A stretch of DNA of 50,248 nt from Patescibacteria group bacterium. GTDB taxonomy: Bacteria > Patescibacteriota > Patescibacteriia > SBBC01 > CAIJZX01. Of this stretch, positions 45,850 to 50,248 are shown piece by piece (position 1 is the stretch's first letter; every line of letters starts with the position of its first letter). Location: the NCBI GenBank assembly GCA_038065275.1, contig JBBTRH010000009.1:1-50248 (forward strand), written 5' to 3'. Below the pieces are notes generated by a model. It ran no database searches and was not told where the DNA came from. It saw only the letters and a list, made by a program, of their open reading frames with translations. A program made the position numbers and the translations under genes.

Positions 45850-46053
45850 ATGGAAATTTCTGCGTTGCTCATTTGGCATTACTACGACGAAGAAGGCAAG
45901 CTCGAGTCGCATTCGATCACGGACTTCACAGGGAACCGAGAGCAGCTTCGTAAGTGCGCCAACGCTGATGATATCAAGCCTGGCGGTGATCGTTACGACG
46001 CTCGGATTCCACGCAAGAGAAGCGTCTTGCAACAGATTGTTCTTCTTCCGTGA
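45850..46053 (+). CDS. Cassette ORF: hypothetical protein (67 aa)
   Basis: Strong RBS AAGGAGG 7 nt upstream. Confidence 0.45.
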   Translation: MEISALLIWHYYDEEGKLESHSITDFTGNREQLRKCANADDIKPGGDRYDARIPRKRSVLQQIVLLP

Positions 46054-46112
46054 CTCGAGCGGTTTCAAAAAGCGGACGTCTTATGGCGCCCGCTTTTCAT
46101 AACGACAAAATT

Positions 46113-46179
46113 TCCCCTAACGTTCGCGCGTCATACGCGGCGGAGCGAAGCGGAGTTGCGTATACGCGCTGTTAGTCGA
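46113..46179 (+). repeat. attC-like site F
   Basis: tcccctAAC gttcg cgcgt-C-atacgc ggcggagcgaagcggagtt gcgtat-acgcg ct GTTagtcga. Confidence 0.75.
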
Positions 46180-46218
46180 TGTATTTCTTTTCTTTTTCAG
46201 TGATACCCGTTGAACAGG

Positions 46219-46689
46219 CTACTTTGCCGTGACACAATTGATGCACTGCGGGTCGATAAACAAAAACGCACTGGAGCCGTCGTTCCGGAACGTTCCTTTG
46301 ATAGCAACAGTTTTCCCTGTTTGTGCCACCTGATAAACGTCTTGGACACCATTCATGTAAATCGTTCCGGAGGACGTTACAAACGCAGGTCCAATCGCAG
46401 GCATATATGGAACATTGCTGTTGGTCGCAGGTAGGGCAGTCATTGTTACAACGCCTTGGACAATCACAATCTTTCCATCCAACTCAACGCGTTGCAATAA
46501 AGCCTTTTCAGCGCTCAGCGTTCTCAATTGTGCTTTCTGGTCGTTTGTATTCGTCGATGCGGAATTCGATTGATTTGTGTGTTGAACAGCCGATTGTTTA
46601 GACCGCATGGGCCCAAACAATAACCCTGCCAAGGCCAGTAGAATCAAGAGCGAGAGGAAAGTAATAGTTCGTTTTGACATGATGCTCAT
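46219..46689 (-). CDS. Cassette ORF: hypothetical secreted protein (156 aa)
   Basis: Signal/TM-like ITFLSLLILLALAGLLFG. Confidence 0.55.
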   Translation of the reverse strand: MSIMSKRTITFLSLLILLALAGLLFGPMRSKQSAVQHTNQSNSASTNTNDQKAQLRTLSAEKALLQRVELDGKIVIVQGVVTMTALPATNSNVPYMPAIGPAFVTSSGTIYMNGVQDVYQVAQTGKTVAIKGTFRNDGSSAFLFIDPQCINCVTAK

Positions 46690-46791
46690 TTTGGTGGGTG
46701 GGGAGGAAATCGGTTTTTGGGTAGCGGATGATGCTGTGTTTACTCACATCAAGAGGTATTCGATGCAGGTTTGCCCAAGAAAAGAAATATT

Positions 46792-46852
46792 TCGACTAAC
46801 GTCCGGGTATCATACGCCCGTACTCATATGGCGTATATACCCTGTTATCGGA
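46792..46852 (+). repeat. attC-like site G
   Basis: tcgactAAC gtccg ggtat-C-atacgcc cgtactcatat ggcgtat-atacc ct GTTatcgga. It differs from site D by one loop substitution. Confidence 0.75.
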
Positions 46853-46957
46853 TGTATTGCTCTTTGGCGTTAGCCTTCTGGCGATTAGCCAATACGCAAA
46901 ATGCTTTTAGAAGAGGGGGGACAAACACGCGGTTTGTCCCCACAGTAGAGCGTAGTT

Positions 46958-47122
46958 CTAGTCGTCGCCGAAAGGACTGGTGTCAGCTTCCCGGAAACAC
47001 GGTTCGCAGTAAAGTCCATCGGGACCAAACTGTGGCTTTCCGCGATCGCAGACCTGAGTATAGTCTGTACTTCCACACTCAACACATCGCCCGTCTCTCG
47101 TCCGGACTTCTTGCGTACCCAT
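46958..47122 (-). CDS. Cassette ORF: zinc-ribbon-like small protein (54 aa)
   Basis: Hand-found frame MGTQEVRTRDGRCVECGSTDYTQVCDRGKPQFGPDGLYCEPCFREADTSPFGDD, preceded by GGAGG. It has CxxC...CxxC. I prefer it over the listed 80-aa ORF 46885..47127. Confidence 0.5.
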   Translation of the reverse strand: MGTQEVRTRDGRCVECGSTDYTQVCDRGKPQFGPDGLYCEPCFREADTSPFGDD

Positions 47123-47184
47123 GGCACACCTCCGTTTTGATTAGTTTACGCTCTTCTAAAAGCATTTTGTAAAAGAGCAATATT

Positions 47185-47361
47185 TCCGATAACGTTCGCG
47201 CGTAGAGGAAGTTGGCTGACCGCCCTGTGGTACACTTGCTTACCACGGGGCGGACAGCCGATTTGTGGTAAGCCGATAGGCTCAAACACATCCTTCTAGT
47301 AGATGTATATTACCAGTAATGTTGCTTAATCGAAAGACCTCCTCTACGCGCTGTTGTACGA
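47185..47361 (+). repeat. attC-like site H (long, 177 nt)
   Basis: tccgatAAC gttcg cgcgtagagga ...interior homologous to E... tcctctacgcg ct GTTgtacga. Confidence 0.7.
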
Positions 47362-47460
47362 TTTGATGCTTTGCCGTGTAATTGACAAAAAGTTACTTCT
47401 TAAGTAAGCTGGGGCGCTCGTTCCTGTAGAGATCAAAGGCACAAACCTGAGGAGGATGTC

Positions 47461-47955
47461 GTGAGAAGGAAGCTAGTTGTTGGTGTCATGGGGCCTGGCC
47501 GCGTGGCAACGGATAGGCAGATCGATGTGGCCTACAAGGTAGGCCGAATGATCGCAGAAGCTGGTTGTAATCTGCTGAATGGTGGAGTTGCTCACGGTGT
47601 CATGGACGCGTCTGCCAGAGGAGCTGCTGAAATAGGAGGCGTCGAGATCATCGGCGTGACTCCGCATAAGCAGCCGTCTGAAACCCACCCCGTTTCGGAG
47701 CACGTGACTATCCTGATCGAGACGACGTTCGGTGAAGGTCGCAACCTGATCAATGCCAGGTCCAGCGATCTGGTCATCGCCATCGGAATGTGTCCGGGGA
47801 CTGCCAGCGAAGTCTGCTTCGCGATCAAGGCAGGGAAGCCCATCTTCCTAATGGATTGTCCCTCGGAAGCTCACGACTTCTTTCGTGCTCTTGGTGGCAA
47901 TGTGCAGATCGGAATCATAGAACACATCCGGTCGATGCTCATGGAACGTGCCTAA
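47461..47955 (+). CDS. Cassette ORF: TIGR00725/LOG-like (SLOG superfamily) Rossmann protein (164 aa)
   Basis: (V)RRKLVVGVMGPG...LLNGGVAHGVMDASARGA...VIAIGMCPGTASEV. GTG start after GAGGAGG, with an upstream TTGACA-17-TAAGCT. Confidence 0.65.
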   Translation: MRRKLVVGVMGPGRVATDRQIDVAYKVGRMIAEAGCNLLNGGVAHGVMDASARGAAEIGGVEIIGVTPHKQPSETHPVSEHVTILIETTFGEGRNLINARSSDLVIAIGMCPGTASEVCFAIKAGKPIFLMDCPSEAHDFFRALGGNVQIGIIEHIRSMLMERA

Positions 47956-48025
47956 TGCTCGTTAGAACGAGAAGCCCCAGCCGTCTTCCAGGCCGCGGGC
48001 TTCTTTCTTTTATTAAAGCATCATT

Positions 48026-48084
48026 TCGTACAACGTCCGCGACTATACGAAGTACTTATATTTCGAATAGTCGCTGTTGTACGC
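48026..48084 (+). repeat. attC-like site I
   Basis: tcgtacAAC gtccg cgact atacgaagtacttatatttcgaat agtcg ct GTTgtacgc. Confidence 0.75.
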
Positions 48085-48092
48085 TGTTTCAC

Positions 48093-48557
48093 TCATTGCC
48101 AACCGTGTTCACTGTAAAAGGTTTTGTTTTTAATACCTTCGAGAGCCTGTCTGATGTATGGAATGATGTTGTCAGGCAGACTATCAAGATCAAACCATGA
48201 TAAATCATCACATTTATCTGGTTCTTTAATTTGAGGCTCACCTTGCCATTGTCGAGCAATAAAAAAGACATCAACTCGGTGATTATTTTCAGAATCGCGC
48301 GAATCCCTTTGCATGACATGAGCGACTTCCAAATCACCGGGCTTTAATATTATTCCCGCCTCTTCCATAGCTTCTCGGACGATGCATGACGTAAAAGTCT
48401 CACCTTCATTTACATGGCCGGCGACCATACTGTACTTACCATCTTCGTATCCTGTGTTGAAACGCCGGAGTAGAAGCACCTTGCCATCCTTCACTAATGT
48501 GAGATATGAAGCGGGAATGAGTTGATGTCTTTTTTTCTTTGCGTGATTACTAGTCAT
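48093..48557 (-). CDS. Cassette ORF: NUDIX hydrolase (154 aa)
   Basis: Nudix box AGHVNEGETFTSCIVREAMEEAGI. Confidence 0.85.
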   Translation of the reverse strand: MTSNHAKKKRHQLIPASYLTLVKDGKVLLLRRFNTGYEDGKYSMVAGHVNEGETFTSCIVREAMEEAGIILKPGDLEVAHVMQRDSRDSENNHRVDVFFIARQWQGEPQIKEPDKCDDLSWFDLDSLPDNIIPYIRQALEGIKNKTFYSEHGWQ

Positions 48558-48696
48558 GTTTGATTACTTGAGGCAATGAGTGAAATGGCGTACAACGTTT
48601 CGGGCTAGCCGAAGTTGCGTAGTCCGCGTGGCGGTACAATTTTACCACCGCCTAAGCGGACAAGCAATTTGGGTGAGCGAGTTATTTCTCTTTGTT

Positions 48697-48999
48697 TTAT
48701 GTGGCAAGTTCTAAGATTTTGACTTTGTTTTTCAAAACGCTTGACAGTTCTTCTTCCTGTACCGCCAAGTCAAAGCGGGACTGCAAGTTAAGCCAAAACT
48801 GCGGTGAAGTTCGAAAATACTTCCCTAAGCGAAGAGCGGTATCGGCACTAATCGCCCGCTCTCCATGGATAATCTCATTGATCCGGCGCGGGGCAACATC
48901 AACATCTTTTGCCAACCGGTATTGGCTGATGGCGAAAGGCTCCAAAAACTCTTCCATGAGTATCTCGCCCGGATGAATTGGTTGCATTTTTTTGGTCAT
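48697..48999 (-). CDS. higA: HigA-type antitoxin (HTH, Xre family)
   Basis: MQPIHPGEILMEEFLEPFAISQYRLAKDVDVAPRRINEIIHGERAISADTALRLGKYF is a classic HigA/VapI sequence. Confidence 0.88.
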   Translation of the reverse strand: MTKKMQPIHPGEILMEEFLEPFAISQYRLAKDVDVAPRRINEIIHGERAISADTALRLGKYFRTSPQFWLNLQSRFDLAVQEEELSSVLKNKVKILELAT

Positions 49000-49019
49000 A
49001 GTAATGTAGGTTATTCTCG

Positions 49020-49304
49020 TTAATGATGATAATCGACGATTTCTACTTCGTAAGCGTCACCCTGACGCCAGTTGAAACAAATTCTCCACTGGTCATTGAT
49101 GCGAATACTGTGTTGTCCGCGCCGGTTGCCCTTGAGTTTCTCCAGGCGATTCGCCCGGGGTACTCGTAAGTCTTGAATATTCAGGGCCGCATCGATCATC
49201 CAGAGTTTTCGCAAGGCAGTTCGTTGGATATCTGGAGGCAGTTTTGGCGAATATTCCCGGTTAAATATTCCAGCCGCTTCCTTTGATTTAAAGCTCTTTA
49301 TCAT
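49020..49304 (-). CDS. higB: HigB-type toxin (RelE/ParE superfamily, plasmid maintenance system killer)
   Basis: MIKSFKSKEAAGIFNREYSPKLPPDIQRTALRKLWMIDAA...LKGNRRGQHSIRINDQWRICF. The toxin lies upstream of the antitoxin, as in higBA. Confidence 0.88.
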   Translation of the reverse strand: MIKSFKSKEAAGIFNREYSPKLPPDIQRTALRKLWMIDAALNIQDLRVPRANRLEKLKGNRRGQHSIRINDQWRICFNWRQGDAYEVEIVDYHH

Positions 49305-49530
49305 GCGATAGGGGTATAATAACGTATTACAATAATACTGTCAAGCGTTAACAGTAGCAAGAAATAACTCGCTCACCGGTTAGCCCGTGTTAGCTGATGT
49401 ATTCCTTTTCTTTTCTTCTCTTGCTAAGAGAAGGCGGGGGGAAAAATCTTTCAAATTTTTCTTTGATCGGTCTCTCTACAATAATGAAGCGGGGTCCGAC
49501 CGATTGGCCGAACCCCATCACGATCCCCAT

Positions 49531-50004
49531 TCATTTCCAGGTACCAGCCATTCTGAAGAAGCTCAACTGTTCGTGAATGCGAGGTGCAATCTCACCTACA
49601 ACCCTCAGGAATTCAGGCAGTGCGTCCCGGACTGCCTTCGTGTACCAGGCAGGAAGGGTCAGGCGATACCCATCATAGGGGCCAGTGAATTTCCAAATGG
49701 TATGGCTTCCGGGTGTGATCAGTGTTCCAACCGTTATGACCCACATGCCCTCGACGTTATCGACATCGAGAGTACCAGACACCCCCGTTTCCAGGGGCTG
49801 ATCTCCTGGCAGGTGCGCAAGTCCCGTGTAAATACCATGTAGCGGGACTTGGAATACTCTGCTCTGCCTCTCCTTTACACGGAGCTTCCTCAGGAAAGGC
49901 ATCACGATCCCGAAAATCGCCTCAACCTCCCTCCGGTAACGATCGACATTCCCCGATCCACGGATGATTTGCTGGGTATCTTCTGGCGTGCAGTGTTCTT
50001 TCAC
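49531..50004 (-). CDS. Cassette ORF: hypothetical protein (157 aa)
   Basis: Long ORF with no motif recognised. Confidence 0.5.
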   Translation of the reverse strand: MKEHCTPEDTQQIIRGSGNVDRYRREVEAIFGIVMPFLRKLRVKERQSRVFQVPLHGIYTGLAHLPGDQPLETGVSGTLDVDNVEGMWVITVGTLITPGSHTIWKFTGPYDGYRLTLPAWYTKAVRDALPEFLRVVGEIAPRIHEQLSFFRMAGTWK

Positions 50005-50187
50005 AACTTCCTCCTGGTCCTGTCTCCAGGACGCCTCTCTCGAGTTGCGGAGTGTACATCAGCCGCTTTGGCCACACTTGGTCTACCACTAATAGATACT
50101 TGTTGTCAACATACCTTGGCTAAGAAAGAAATTTGAAGGATCTTTTACCCCCCTCGGGCAGTAGCCCGGAAAAAGAAAAGGAATATG

Positions 50188-50248
50188 TCAGCTAACTCGT
50201 TATTATGCGAACTGGGGCGGGTTGGCACCCTTATTATTGCATATTTTG
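50188..50248 (+). repeat. attC-like site K (left arm only; cut by window edge)
   Basis: tcagctAAC tcgtt... Its left 9-mer is the exact reverse complement of the GTTagctga that opens this cassette at 49389. Confidence 0.55.

Larger units (their letters stand above)
48588..49397 (+). repeat. attC-like site J, split by the HigBA unit sitting at its apex
   Basis: gcgtacAAC gtttc gggctagcc ...side hairpin... gggtgagcga | GTTatttct..(HigA,HigB)..agaaatAAC | tcgctcacc ggttagccc gt GTTagctga. Confidence 0.65.
40650..50248. mobile_element. Integron-like gene-cassette array (no integrase in the window; continues past the right edge)
   Basis: There are 13 attC-like palindromes with conserved AAC/GTT triplets. 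Cassette ends are reverse complements of each other in 13 of 13 consecutive cassettes (one with a single mismatch). Cassettes are short, AT-richer and mostly single-gene, and include a HigBA module. Confidence 0.75.

Noticed and set aside
46885-47127. The listed 80-aa minus-strand ORF in cassette G-H.
   Set aside because: A different minus-strand frame (46958..47122) has a GGAGG RBS and a CxxC...CxxC zinc-ribbon pattern. The 80-aa frame has no such support.

Overview
This window looks like a GC-rich bacterial chromosome. The backbone genes are ftsH, rluD, rplS, hup, ymdB, rny, clpP, nrnA, rbfA, infB, trxA and gdhA, plus two secreted or surface proteins of about 1200-1290 aa. A CPR/Patescibacteria-like origin is my inference only. 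AT-richer patches and many GC-rich hairpin repeats interrupt the backbone.

Three things stand out:

1. **Integron-like cassette array (40650 to the right edge).** At least 14 small, AT-richer gene cassettes are separated by attC-like imperfect palindromes with conserved AAC/GTT triplets. The two ends of each cassette are reverse complements of each other, while the two arms of each junction are not. That is the expected footprint of crossover at the triplet. No integrase is visible in the window. Most cassette ORFs run opposite to the polarity predicted from attC asymmetry, and cassette ends pair for 25-30 bp rather than 6-7 bp.

2. **Nested tRNA loci (Ala, Lys, Phe, Leu, Val).** Intact tRNA genes sit inside the broken halves of older copies. 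One insertion carries a GIY-YIG nuclease gene. The dead copies carry GC-rich hairpin inserts at the same D-arm and anticodon-loop positions across different tRNA species.

3. **A small terminal-inverted-repeat (TIR) element family.** Ends are CCCCGTTAGAGGCG, all five copies have 4-bp target-site duplications, there are two size classes, and the interiors are unrelated.

All coordinates, cloverleaf folds and alignments were done by hand, so expect errors of a few nt. No database search was run.
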